Shown: positions 1-9,750, numbered from the stretch's first letter. The stretch: DNA of 64,000 nucleotides from Alphaproteobacteria bacterium (GCA_965178085.1 CBCXTS010000026.1:18109-82108); one strand, 5' to 3'. Program-made: numbers and translations. Notes: generated by a model from the letters alone, not told the origin.

Positions 1-4
1 TGAT

Positions 5-1069
5 TTATTGCTTTGTATGTAGTATCGCTAGAAAACGATAGAATATATGGGTCATTTTGGTAAAAGGGGTTGTGATAAACAAGCAAGCGACAAGTGCAAG
101 ATGGCTATATAAAAGAAGTGGTAATATATGGTGTATGTCTTTTAATATATAAAGTAAAAGTCCTGAAAAAGATGTTGCAAATAGCAATAAAATAAAAGCA
201 ACTTCTCCTGAAAAATAATGTATGTTTGCCAAGTTTCTGTTAGATTTAAATTTTAATAGCAACATCCATAAACACCCTATAACCATCATTAAGCCTCCTA
301 TCAAACCACTTAATTTAGGTAAAGAAAATAAAGGATATGGTGCTGGATAATGAAATATATAATGCAAGATAGTTGCGCTAGAAGTTGCGATAAAACATAA
401 TAAAAATCCATAAGCAATAAGATGATGCGCATATCGCCTTTTTTGCGTATAAATATCACCCTTTTCAAATTGGCAACCATCGCCATGACCACCATTTAAG
501 TTTTTCATGACACTGACTTCTTTAAAAGTATCTAATAAAGATTGTATAGTAATAGAACCTCCCTCTATTACTTTCCAAAATTTATATAAACTAAATCCTA
601 GCAAAATATAAGGTACTACGAATAAAGGAATAAAGATATTTATCAATAATTGGTGCGAAAAAATATCATAAAAATTATTAATAACATCATCTTGTGATTG
701 ATAGCCAAGCAAGACAAAAAATATTAATAAAATGGCAATGCTAATCAATAAAACAATAGGGCGCATAGATATTGTTTTTGTTAGTAAGTTAAATTGCGAA
801 TATTCTTCCCAACTATTTTGCCTAACCTCTGCAAAAGCTTTAGGAATATTAACATTAAATTCATGAGGCTCTGCATATTGACATGCGTAATAGCACCCAC
901 GACAATTATGGCATATATTGGCCAATTTAATAATATCATTATCTTCAAAATTGCGCAATTTATGTAACTCTGGAAAAACATTGCAAAAACCCTCACAATA
1001 ACGACAAGCATTACATATAGATGCTTGCCTTTTGGCTTCTTTTATAACGTTACTATTTGCTATTTGCAT
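5..1069 (-). CDS. tcuB: Tricarballylate utilization 4Fe-4S membrane protein TcuB (CitB family)
   Basis: N-terminal CNACRYCEGFC and CHNCRGCYYACQY cluster motifs, then several TM helices; overlaps the tcuA 3' end. Start moved from 1114 to ATG at 1069. Confidence 0.92.
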   Translation of the reverse strand: MQIANSNVIKEAKRQASICNACRYCEGFCNVFPELHKLRNFEDNDIIKLANICHNCRGCYYACQYAEPHEFNVNIPKAFAEVRQNSWEEYSQFNLLTKTISMRPIVLLISIAILLIFFVLLGYQSQDDVINNFYDIFSHQLLINIFIPLFVVPYILLGFSLYKFWKVIEGGSITIQSLLDTFKEVSVMKNLNGGHGDGCQFEKGDIYTQKRRYAHHLIAYGFLLCFIATSSATILHYIFHYPAPYPLFSLPKLSGLIGGLMMVIGCLWMLLLKFKSNRNLANIHYFSGEVAFILLLFATSFSGLLLYILKDIHHILPLLLYSHLALVACLFITTPFTKMTHIFYRFLAILHTKQ

Positions 1070-2447
1070 AATTTGCAGCCTCCTTACCCGCAATACGACC
1101 AAAAACAGTACCAATAGTCATACCTGTGCCTGCCAAATAACCTTCACCTAATATAGAGCCTGCCATAATTTCACCCGCAGCCCATAAATTATCAATCAAC
1201 CCTGCATGATTAACGCATTGGGCTTTTTCATTCACTTTAAGCCCTAAATAGGTGAACGTAATGCCTGTTTTTAAAACAAAAGCGTAATAAGGTGGCGTGT
1301 CTATTTTTCGTGCCCAATTGGTTTTATTAATATTCAAATTGATTGTTGCTAGATTATCTAATAATTGGGCATTAAAATGCGTATTACCATTACATGCCGC
1401 ATTATAACTGTTAATCTCATTTACAAGATCATGCTTTGGGAGGTGTGATTTATACGCTAATTCTTCTATAGTACTGGCTGTAATAGGATCAAATAATGGT
1501 GGCATGAAATCATTTATCGCTTTTGCATCAATGATTGCATAAGCAATTTGATTAGGCTGTTCAGCAACAAGACGACCCCAAACAGCATAGCGTTTTGGCC
1601 ACAAATCTTCACCTTCATCATAAAAACGTTTGCCCAACTGATTGACTGTTACAGAAAAAGGTACGCAATCTAATCTTGTAGCAATACCGCCATCATATTC
1701 TGGTGCTTGGCCATCAACAGCTACAGCATGACATTGTTTGCCTTCGCCCACCGTTAAAATATTTTGGTTAATCAGCGCTCTTAAAGCTTTACCTTTATTA
1801 TATTGCGTTCCTCTGATGATAAAATTTTTTGCAACATCACCCCAATATTCTTGTAGCCATTCTTTATTAGATTCAAAACCTCCAGAAGCAACAATAATAG
1901 CTTTAGGGGATATTTTGTGGTTTTTTCCTTGATAGAGTATTGTTACAGAAGTCACTAATTGCTTATTAGTAGTAAAATCTATAGCTTCTGCCTTATAATA
2001 AGCATCAACGCCAATTTTTTTGGCATAATTATAATAGTTATTTAGTAAAGCTTTACCGCCTCCTAGAAAAAAGGCATTGGTGCGGGCAAGACTTAATGTG
2101 CCTGAGAGGCTGGGTTGAAATTTAACATTTCTTTGCTCCATCCATTTATAGCAATCATCGCTTTTATCTATCATGATATTAGCTAAACGAATATCAGTCT
2201 TACCTTTGGTAACTTTTAATAAATCTTCTAAAAATTCTTCTTTTTTATAATTATCTTCTAATTGACCTAAAGGTGCATTATGTTTAACCCTGAAATTACG
2301 GGTATGACGAGAATTACCACCACGATATGCATAAGGAGCAGCTTCAATAATAGCTACTTTTGCTCCCATTTCTCTTGCCTCTATAGCAGCAACAATGGCA
2401 GCGTTACCACCACCAATAATAATAACATCATAATGTGACAATACCAT
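1053..2447 (-). CDS. tcuA: FAD-dependent tricarballylate dehydrogenase TcuA
   Basis: IGGGNAA FAD motif, RGGNSRHTRN, LARTNAFFLGGGKAL, YDEGEDLWPKRYA and GYLAGTGMTIG are characteristic of TcuA. Confidence 0.93.
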   Translation of the reverse strand: MVLSHYDVIIIGGGNAAIVAAIEAREMGAKVAIIEAAPYAYRGGNSRHTRNFRVKHNAPLGQLEDNYKKEEFLEDLLKVTKGKTDIRLANIMIDKSDDCYKWMEQRNVKFQPSLSGTLSLARTNAFFLGGGKALLNNYYNYAKKIGVDAYYKAEAIDFTTNKQLVTSVTILYQGKNHKISPKAIIVASGGFESNKEWLQEYWGDVAKNFIIRGTQYNKGKALRALINQNILTVGEGKQCHAVAVDGQAPEYDGGIATRLDCVPFSVTVNQLGKRFYDEGEDLWPKRYAVWGRLVAEQPNQIAYAIIDAKAINDFMPPLFDPITASTIEELAYKSHLPKHDLVNEINSYNAACNGNTHFNAQLLDNLATINLNINKTNWARKIDTPPYYAFVLKTGITFTYLGLKVNEKAQCVNHAGLIDNLWAAGEIMAGSILGEGYLAGTGMTIGTVFGRIAGKEAANYANSK

Positions 2448-2468
2448 AAAGACTATCTTTGATTTTTA

Positions 2469-2488
2469 TTGTATGCATGTGTATACTA
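2469..2488. promoter_or_regulatory. Candidate GntR(FCD) operator between divergent tcuA and gntR
   Basis: TTGTATGCAT-GTGTATACTA: two adjacent TGTAT(A/G)C boxes resembling the TGTATACA-type palindrome of FCD-subfamily regulators, in the 74-bp intergenic gap. Confidence 0.45.
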
Positions 2489-2521
2489 AATAAAAAATTT
2501 AGTGTCAATAAAGGTTTTAAA

Positions 2522-3160
2522 ATGACAAATTCCTATGCTGAGATTGCGCATGAAAAAATCATACTTCTTATTAAAGAAGGTATATTGAAACCTGGGCAAC
2601 GGGTTATGGAAACCGATATAGCTAAACGCACAAATTTATCGCGTACTCCTGTTAGAGAGGCACTTAAAAAACTAGAGGCGGAAGAAATTATTATTCATCA
2701 AGCGAAAATTGGCGCAGTTATTAAAAAATTTAATCACCAAGATGTTATAGAGTTATATGAGGTGCGCATCATGCTTGAGAAAATGGCTGCCAAGCTTGCA
2801 GCACAACATGCAACGATGAGTGAAATTGACTTATTAAAAAAATATAATAATAAAATAGTGGATGCTGAGGAGCAAGAAAAAGCAGCTTCTTATAATAGTC
2901 AGTTTCATCAGATCATTATACAATCTACCCGCAATAGATATTTGCAAAAAGCATGGGAGCAATTAACAAAAAGCATTATTCTTTTAGGTCCTACAACATT
3001 ATATAGCGAAACACGTTATCAAGAAGCTTATTATCAACATCATGATATTATTAAGGCTATTGAAAATAAAGATGCTGAACACGCCATGGTCATGGCAGAA
3101 GACCATATGAATAGATCGCTTGAAATAAGGTTAACGCATATACATGACGGTTCTTATTAA
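2522..3160 (+). CDS. GntR-family (FCD) transcriptional regulator
   Basis: wHTH motif SRTPVREALKKLE and FCD-domain motifs LYEVR..LE, NSQFH, HHDII; ATG at 2522. Confidence 0.92.
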   Translation: MTNSYAEIAHEKIILLIKEGILKPGQRVMETDIAKRTNLSRTPVREALKKLEAEEIIIHQAKIGAVIKKFNHQDVIELYEVRIMLEKMAAKLAAQHATMSEIDLLKKYNNKIVDAEEQEKAASYNSQFHQIIIQSTRNRYLQKAWEQLTKSIILLGPTTLYSETRYQEAYYQHHDIIKAIENKDAEHAMVMAEDHMNRSLEIRLTHIHDGSY

Positions 3161-4186
3161 ATGTTTGCATATGGATTAAGCTTTATTATTGCAGGGATTG
3201 GCGTTGCTATCTTTCAATTATTTGAATTACCGTTACCATGGTTATTAGGGCCTATATTTGCCTGTTTAATAGCTGCTTTATGCGGTATTAAATTTAAAAC
3301 CATTATAATGGTTAACAACCTTATGCGTACCGTCTTAGGAGTAGCTGTTGGAGCTTCTATAACATTGGTTTTTTTGGGTCATCTTTTATCTATATGGCAA
3401 AGCTTGGTTTCTGTTATTATTATGATTTTGTTAATAGCATTATTGGGAGTTCCCTATTTTTATAAAATATGGAAATATGATTTTATAACCTCTTATTATG
3501 CTGCAATGCCGGGTGGCTTACAAGATATGTTATTATTTGGTCAAGAAGCAGGGGCTAATATACGCACTTTATCTTTAGTACATGCGACAAGAGTATTAGT
3601 GGTAGTGGTTATTTTGCCCATTATTTTAATAGAATTTTGGGATGTTAATTTAAACAATCCTCCAGGCGCTTCAATTGCCAATATAGATGGAATGCAATTG
3701 CTTGTAATGGCTTTTGCTGGCATTGTTGGCTGGCAATTGGCAAAAAAAATCAAATTATTTGGTGCCTCTATTTTAGGGCCATTACTATTATCTGCTTTTT
3801 TATCATTGCTTGGTGTTTTAGAACAAAGACCCCCTGCGGAAGCTATTTGGGCAGCACAATTTTTTATTGGCATGGCTGTTGGGGTAAACTATGTGGGGAT
3901 TCAAATACGTGAATTAAAACATGATGTTGTAGCCTCTTTGGGGTTTTGTATTTTACTTGCCATCATTACATGGATAGTATTTACAGTGACCAATCTTTTG
4001 GCACTTACACTGCCACTAAATTTATTACTGGCTTTGACGCCGGGGGGACAAGCGGAAATTACAGTATTGGCTATTATAGTAGGCGCGGATGTTAGTTTTG
4101 TAATAGCTCATCATATTTTACGCATATTTTTTGTTATTTTGCTAGCTCCGATAATAGCGAAGATATTTAAGACACAACATGAATAG
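3161..4186 (+). CDS. AbrB-family membrane protein (internally duplicated)
   Basis: Two repeats: LPWLLGP...MPGG...HATR and ASILGP...TPGG...HHILR; highly hydrophobic; starts directly after the gntR stop. Confidence 0.88.
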   Translation: MFAYGLSFIIAGIGVAIFQLFELPLPWLLGPIFACLIAALCGIKFKTIIMVNNLMRTVLGVAVGASITLVFLGHLLSIWQSLVSVIIMILLIALLGVPYFYKIWKYDFITSYYAAMPGGLQDMLLFGQEAGANIRTLSLVHATRVLVVVVILPIILIEFWDVNLNNPPGASIANIDGMQLLVMAFAGIVGWQLAKKIKLFGASILGPLLLSAFLSLLGVLEQRPPAEAIWAAQFFIGMAVGVNYVGIQIRELKHDVVASLGFCILLAIITWIVFTVTNLLALTLPLNLLLALTPGGQAEITVLAIIVGADVSFVIAHHILRIFFVILLAPIIAKIFKTQHE

Positions 4187-5123
4187 GGTTGCCATTATGA
4201 TAAGCAATAATTTGCTCAAAAATATCAGAAAATTGATTTTCTAACTCATCAATAGTAACAAAACCAATATGAGGAGTTGCAATAACGTTGGGATGGCATG
4301 CAAGAGGGTCACTTTGCCATGTGATTGGTTCTTCATCAAACACATCAATAGCTGCCATTTCTGGGCGCCCTTCATTAAGCGCATGTAATAAGCTATCTTT
4401 TTCAATTAAACCTGCTCTTGATGTATTCACAAACAGAGAATCTTTTTTCATATTTTCAAAATCTTTTCTTGTAATAATATTACGGGTTGTTTCCTTTAAG
4501 CGTACATGAATACTAACAATATCCGACATTGCAAAAAAAGCTTTCCTTGATGAGGCAAGGATCATCCCATCTTTTTTTGCTCTTTTACGCCCTTCCTCCG
4601 ATGCCCACCAAATAATATTCATACCAAAACTTTCAGCATATCTAGCAACCTGGTTTGCAATACGTCCATAACCATAAAAGCCTATGGTGCGTCCTCTTAA
4701 TGTTTTGCCAACCCCCATTTGCCAATTTCCTTGCTGTAAACTTGCCATTTGTTGGGGAATTTGACGGTACGCTGCAAGAATTAACGCCCACACATGTTCG
4801 GATGCGGCAAAGCTCGGCGTTCCTTTATGCATGTTAGAACAGACCGTAATATCTAAATCATGACAAGCTTCTATATCAATATGAGGATAGACACTTCTTT
4901 GTGAAATCAGGTGTAAATTAGGCAGTTTTTCTAATAAGTCACGGGTAATTTTTGTGCGCTCACGAAAAAGCACAAGTACCTCTGCATCTTTTAAGCGCTC
5001 TGTCAAAATAGCGATATCTTCTATATGATCATTCCATATCGTTACATCATATTCTGCAATTTTTTGAAAAGAGGGAATATATCGTAAACTATCAAACCAA
5101 TCATCTAAAATATGTATTTTCAT
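4167..5123 (-). CDS. D-isomer-specific 2-hydroxyacid dehydrogenase
   Basis: GFYGYGRIA Rossmann motif, FVNTSRAGLI, DVFDEEP, TPHIG. Confidence 0.92.
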   Translation of the reverse strand: MKIHILDDWFDSLRYIPSFQKIAEYDVTIWNDHIEDIAILTERLKDAEVLVLFRERTKITRDLLEKLPNLHLISQRSVYPHIDIEACHDLDITVCSNMHKGTPSFAASEHVWALILAAYRQIPQQMASLQQGNWQMGVGKTLRGRTIGFYGYGRIANQVARYAESFGMNIIWWASEEGRKRAKKDGMILASSRKAFFAMSDIVSIHVRLKETTRNIITRKDFENMKKDSLFVNTSRAGLIEKDSLLHALNEGRPEMAAIDVFDEEPITWQSDPLACHPNVIATPHIGFVTIDELENQFSDIFEQIIAYHNGNPIHVVS

Positions 5124-5134
5124 TGTTAAGCTTT

Positions 5135-6202
5135 TTATAAAAACAAATTGCCATCTGCAATTTTACGGGCTGTTCGTGTTAAACCTGCAGCATTAACAAA
5201 AAAAACATCATTATCATTTGTATAATCTAATAATACATTAATAGAACCTAAAGGATGTTCTAATATTAAATCAACAGGGTTTACACTGGGTCTATTGAGC
5301 AAGTTATCTGCAATGGTACCTTTAGCCATTAAGCAAGATGCAATAGCTTGTGCGCCTGTAACCGCCATAGTAGGGTGCGCTTTCCATGGCATAAAATATC
5401 TTGCGGCAATATGGCCATTATTTTGTGCAGGGGCAAGCAAGGCAAATTTGGGTGTAACGGATTTTGTAACATCTCCCATACCCATTTTTTTTCCTGCTAT
5501 AATGCGTAAATTTTCAATTTTTTGAAATAACTCTTTATTATCATTTAATTCTTCTGCTGACTCATAGCCTGAGATATTCAAGTCACTTGCTTTTGCAATA
5601 ACCATCGGCATAGTAACATCTATACAAGTAACAGAAATATTACTGATAATGTCACTTTTTTGCCCTGTTGGAAATAATTTACCTGTTTTAGAACCAACAA
5701 TATCCATAAAATGTAACCCTATTGGTGCGTTTGTACCAGGCACTCCGTCAATGGCACTATTGCCCTTATAAATAACACCATCTTTATTTGTCTGTACAAT
5801 TGCTTTTACCTTAGCCCCTGTGTTAACGGCATGAATGATAATTTCTGTTTGGTTATTTTGTGGTTTCACTAATCCCATTTCAATAGCAGCAGGTCCAACG
5901 CCAGATAGTATATTACCGCATGTTGGTTTATAATCGACCAGTTTTTCTTCAACGCTAACTTGTGCAAAAAAATAATCAATATCGCAATCATTTTTTAATG
6001 ATGGTGATAACATAGCTACTTTCGTGGTAACAGCATTACCGCCCCCAATGCCATCAATATTTAAATAATGGCCTGCACCTATCACCTTTATTAGAGTTTC
6101 AGATAATTCATTCCTATTTTCAGGCAAATCAACTCTATTAAAATAAGGTCCTCTAGATGTGCCGCCACGCATAAAAAGATAAGGTATAGATTGTTTTTTC
6201 AT
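5135..6202 (-). CDS. PrpF-family isomerase (4-oxalomesaconate tautomerase / aconitate isomerase-like)
   Basis: MRGGTSRG, IDGIGGG..TTKVA, CGN and H.TMAVTG motifs of the PrpF/GalD/LigU family. Confidence 0.9.
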   Translation of the reverse strand: MKKQSIPYLFMRGGTSRGPYFNRVDLPENRNELSETLIKVIGAGHYLNIDGIGGGNAVTTKVAMLSPSLKNDCDIDYFFAQVSVEEKLVDYKPTCGNILSGVGPAAIEMGLVKPQNNQTEIIIHAVNTGAKVKAIVQTNKDGVIYKGNSAIDGVPGTNAPIGLHFMDIVGSKTGKLFPTGQKSDIISNISVTCIDVTMPMVIAKASDLNISGYESAEELNDNKELFQKIENLRIIAGKKMGMGDVTKSVTPKFALLAPAQNNGHIAARYFMPWKAHPTMAVTGAQAIASCLMAKGTIADNLLNRPSVNPVDLILEHPLGSINVLLDYTNDNDVFFVNAAGLTRTARKIADGNLFL

Positions 6203-6218
6203 TTTTCAATAGCTTACT

Positions 6219-8249
6219 TCAGATAAATGGCCATGGCAGTTGGATATGTTCTTGCAACAAACCCGATGGGAAATTACGCTTAAGGGAATAAGCAAGACCA
6301 ATCATCATTAAAATACCACAAATACTGTATAATATGCTATGCAACAAAGATAATTTTGCTCTTATTTGCATAAAACTTATCAAGAAAAAACCTAAAGCTA
6401 TAATAAAGCCAAAAATATATGTTAAGCCCAGTAATAATAATGGCCAAAATAAGGTCGATAATAAAGAATAGGGGGCATCGGCATCCTCACCTGCCACTTC
6501 TCTATCTGCAAATATAGCATCACCTTCATTATTTCTCATCATTTGTATTAACAAGATAAAACATGATAACATCATGATAGATGCCACAACTAAAGGCACT
6601 ATCTTATCTGTCATTAAACGATCATTAATTAAGGAAGCATTCCAAAAACTAATAATCGCATAGGTCAGCATGCCAAAAAGAAAAATCATAGGTAGGCGTT
6701 TTTTGCCAGCAATGACATTACCTTCAGCATTGATAGTTTTGGTTTGCCTAATACCTAAGATAATAGAAATAATAGTCAATATCAGTAACACAATGACGAT
6801 AGGGCTAAATACATAGCTTAAACCTGCATCCAAACTATCACGAAAACGAAAATTGGCAATTTGATAGGCTTGATTGGTAAATTTTTCAACAGGTTCTGAT
6901 AATACAAACCCAATTAAAAAAGCAGGGCGAGACCAATCAAAACGGCGCATCAAAATACCAAAAAAACCAAAAATATATAACGCTACTAAATCAATAATAT
7001 CTTGGCCTGACTGAAAGGCTGCAAAAGATAATATCATAAATAAGAAAGGAGCAATTAATGTAAATCTTATTTTGGTTAATTTTGCAATATAGGGGGAAGA
7101 AGCAATACACAATGCTGTTCCAATAATATTGGCAAAAGCAAGCAACCATACAATAGCATACGTAATATTAAGGTTGCTTTGTAGCATTTGCGGGCCAACT
7201 TCAATTTCACCAGATCCTAACAAAGCAACAGCCCCAATAAAAATAGCCATAGAGCCAGATCCTGGAATACCAAATAATAAGGTTGGTACTAAACCACCGC
7301 CTTCTTTGGCATTATTAGAACTTTCAGGGCCTATAACACCTCGTATTTCCCCTTTACCAAAGCCAGATTTATCTTTTGTTGTTTGTACCGTATGACCATA
7401 GGCAATCCAATCAACGACTGATCCTCCTAAACCTGGAATAACCCCAACAACCACCCCAATAATAGAACAGCGGATAGATAAAAAAATATTTTGTGACCAT
7501 GCTTTAACGCCGTCAAACCAACCCGCGCCCAATTTATTATCTTTGGCTATAGCATTATCTTGGCGTAATAAAGATACTATTTCAGGAATAGCAAATATAC
7601 CCAAACCTACAATAACTAATTTAAAACCATCTGTAACATAAGGCGTATCATAGCTTGCCATACGCAAACTGCCTCCAGCGTCACTCTCACCGATAGTACC
7701 CACCAAAACACCCAAAGCAGCAGCAGCAATACCTTTAAAAGGAATGCGTCCTGCCAAAATGGCCACCATGGAAAGTCCAAGAAATGTAATCATTAACATT
7801 TCAGGAAGCCCAAAGGCCAACACAATAGGGCGGGCAACTAAAATAAATAATGTAAGAAAAATAGCCCCAATTAAACCACCAAATAAAGATGAGGCAAAAG
7901 CTGCGGATAAAGCTTTTGCTGCCAATCCTTTTTTAGCTAAAGGAAAACCATCAAGTACGGTTGCTTGTGAAGCAGAGGAGCCAGGTATCCCCATAAGAAC
8001 GCTTGCAAAAGTATCAGAAGTTGGCACTACTGCTACCAAACCTATCATCAAGCTTAGTCCTAAAATAGGATCCATACCAAACATAAAAGGTAGTAATAAG
8101 GATAGACCAGCAATACCGCCTAATCCAGGAAAAATGCCTATCATAAGGCCTAAGAAAACCCCTATCATTAAATGCAATAGCACTTCAAATGTTAATATAA
8201 TTGAAAAAGCTGATTGTAATGAGGCGATGGCGTTTAAAAAAATATCCAT
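6219..8249 (-). CDS. tctA: Tripartite tricarboxylate transporter permease TctA with fused C-terminal TctB-like part
   Basis: GIFPGLGG, GIPGS and PESSNNA motifs; 676 aa with about 4 extra C-terminal TM helices ending in FPSGLL. Confidence 0.9.
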   Translation of the reverse strand: MDIFLNAIASLQSAFSIILTFEVLLHLMIGVFLGLMIGIFPGLGGIAGLSLLLPFMFGMDPILGLSLMIGLVAVVPTSDTFASVLMGIPGSSASQATVLDGFPLAKKGLAAKALSAAFASSLFGGLIGAIFLTLFILVARPIVLAFGLPEMLMITFLGLSMVAILAGRIPFKGIAAAALGVLVGTIGESDAGGSLRMASYDTPYVTDGFKLVIVGLGIFAIPEIVSLLRQDNAIAKDNKLGAGWFDGVKAWSQNIFLSIRCSIIGVVVGVIPGLGGSVVDWIAYGHTVQTTKDKSGFGKGEIRGVIGPESSNNAKEGGGLVPTLLFGIPGSGSMAIFIGAVALLGSGEIEVGPQMLQSNLNITYAIVWLLAFANIIGTALCIASSPYIAKLTKIRFTLIAPFLFMILSFAAFQSGQDIIDLVALYIFGFFGILMRRFDWSRPAFLIGFVLSEPVEKFTNQAYQIANFRFRDSLDAGLSYVFSPIVIVLLILTIISIILGIRQTKTINAEGNVIAGKKRLPMIFLFGMLTYAIISFWNASLINDRLMTDKIVPLVVASIMMLSCFILLIQMMRNNEGDAIFADREVAGEDADAPYSLLSTLFWPLLLLGLTYIFGFIIALGFFLISFMQIRAKLSLLHSILYSICGILMMIGLAYSLKRNFPSGLLQEHIQLPWPFI

Positions 8250-8269
8250 AGAAATTTAAAATTTAAATG

Positions 8270-8298
8270 GAAGGAACCATCATTATGATGGCTCCTTC
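8270..8298 (-). terminator. Intercistronic stem-loop after tctC (mRNA stabiliser or partial terminator)
   Basis: Minus strand GAAGGAGCCATCA-taa-TGATGGTTCCTTC, a 13-bp stem with one G-U pair, followed by an AT-rich tract. Confidence 0.7.
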
Positions 8299-8321
8299 TC
8301 TTAAAGAAAAAATGATATATG

Positions 8322-9410
8322 TTATTTTAAAGTAACACCATAATCATTTTCTAACCATTTTTTAACAAAAGCTTTTGCGCTAGCGTCAACATTAATGCCT
8401 TTTTGTAAAGCTTCGCCAGCACCATTACCGGTAAATAATTTATATTTACCTAACCGTTTTGCAGATATTTTGGCAAAATCAGCACGCTCACCAACTTTTT
8501 TAAAGGCCTTTGCAAATGTATCAATAACTTCTTGGTCTGTGCCTGCTGGTAAAAAAGCAATTTTTTGCACAGGGAAACCTGCTACAAAAAAGGCTTTCCA
8601 AGCATTCCATGCTTCGCCCTTTGTTTCACAACCATCTGTTGCTTCACAAACTTCCTTAAACGTTGGCAGGTTAGGGAAAGTTGGGTCACGCACAATATTA
8701 CCATTATCATCTAAAGCGCCCCAACTCATCATAGCCACAGCTTTACCATCTTGAACCAACTTAGCAGAAGCTTTTAGGTAAGAGGATGAGGTTTGATAAT
8801 CAATATTAGCTTCACCACGTTCAAACATTAAACGGCCATCGCCACGGCCTTTAATGCCAAATACTGGCTCAACATCTATACCCAACATTTTCCATGCTAA
8901 TAAAGGCACTAAGTCAAGACGTGTTGCACCTTGTGAGCCATAAATAAATTTTGTATCTTGTAATTTGTTGGCTGAACCATCAAAATTTGCACCATCTTTA
9001 GGGTTGAGATACGCAACACCGCCTGTGCCAGAAGCCATTACAGGGTTCCAATCTTTATATTCATATTTAACACGCGGGTCATCTAAAAGATAAGGAAATT
9101 GTGTGGAACCTGAAGAGCCAAACAATAATGTACCATCTCCATTTTTTTGTTTTTGGAACCAGTTTGCGCCTTTAGTAGAACCTGCACCTGGCATAAATTT
9201 TACTACAACCGTTGGGGTGCCAGGTAATGCTTCTGATAATAAAGGTGCAAAAAAGTTAGCCCATTTAGCTGAACCACCTGTTTCTGAAAATGGAATAATC
9301 CATTCAACTGTTTTGCCTGATAAATCAATATCAGCTTGGGCTGTATTAGCCAGTATAGCAAGAGAAGCAATACCAATTGCCGCTGTTTTTAGCTTTTTTA
9401 TAATTGTCAT
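8322..9410 (-). CDS. tctC: Tripartite tricarboxylate transporter substrate-binding protein TctC
   Basis: Signal peptide ending AQA, PFSETGG and MPGAGS..GAN Bug/TctC motifs; GGAGG SD; upstream of tctA. Confidence 0.9.
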   Translation of the reverse strand: MTIIKKLKTAAIGIASLAILANTAQADIDLSGKTVEWIIPFSETGGSAKWANFFAPLLSEALPGTPTVVVKFMPGAGSTKGANWFQKQKNGDGTLLFGSSGSTQFPYLLDDPRVKYEYKDWNPVMASGTGGVAYLNPKDGANFDGSANKLQDTKFIYGSQGATRLDLVPLLAWKMLGIDVEPVFGIKGRGDGRLMFERGEANIDYQTSSSYLKASAKLVQDGKAVAMMSWGALDDNGNIVRDPTFPNLPTFKEVCEATDGCETKGEAWNAWKAFFVAGFPVQKIAFLPAGTDQEVIDTFAKAFKKVGERADFAKISAKRLGKYKLFTGNGAGEALQKGINVDASAKAFVKKWLENDYGVTLK

Positions 9411-9454
9411 TATAATCCTCCGTATGAATCGTAATAGTAAAGTTGATAATAAGT

Positions 9455-9526
9455 AAGCGTATTACACTAATTATGTAAAGCGTATTACACTAATTATGTA
9501 AAGCGTATTACACTAATTATGTAAAG
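9455..9526. repeat. 23-bp perfect tandem repeat x3 upstream of tctC
   Basis: AAGCGTATTACACTAATTATGTA at 9455, 9478 and 9501, plus a trailing AAG; no spacers. Confidence 0.97.
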
Positions 9527-9573
9527 ACTTTAACATATAAAACTTGCATTATGCTTGCATTTGCTGTGGGTAT

Positions 9574-9720
9574 GGTTTTAATACAAAGTCTGAAAAGTTA
9601 AAATGGATGTCAGTTTTTAACTCACTTAGAAACCTATACGCTCATGAAGGCAGTAAAGAAAAAGGGTTGAATAAAGACGAGGTTGAAACTCTTAAAAAGA
9701 TCCATGCTAATCTTATTTAA
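9574..9720 (+). pseudogene. 3' remnant of a HEPN-domain gene
   Basis: Hand translation GFNTKSEKLKWMSVFNSLRNLYAHEGSKEKGLNKDEVETLKKIHANLI* has W...N.LRNxxAH (HEPN RxxxxH); in-frame TAA at 9538-9540 upstream, so the 5' part is missing. Confidence 0.6.
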
Positions 9721-9750
9721 GGTGACAGAACCCTCTAGTAAAAGTTTATT

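Noticed and set aside
3161-4186. Ammonia monooxygenase or AbrB transcription factor
   Set aside because: This membrane family often carries those labels, but there are no AmoABC partners and no DNA-binding domain is visible.
7744-8259. 171-aa antisense ORF within tctA, and similar ORFs such as 39750-40280 and 63297-63668
   Set aside because: Shadow frames opposite well-supported genes, with no motifs of their own.
9455-9526. Possible mini-CRISPR array
   Set aside because: Repeats are head-to-tail with no spacers and no cas gene is present; the same holds for 13413-13484.
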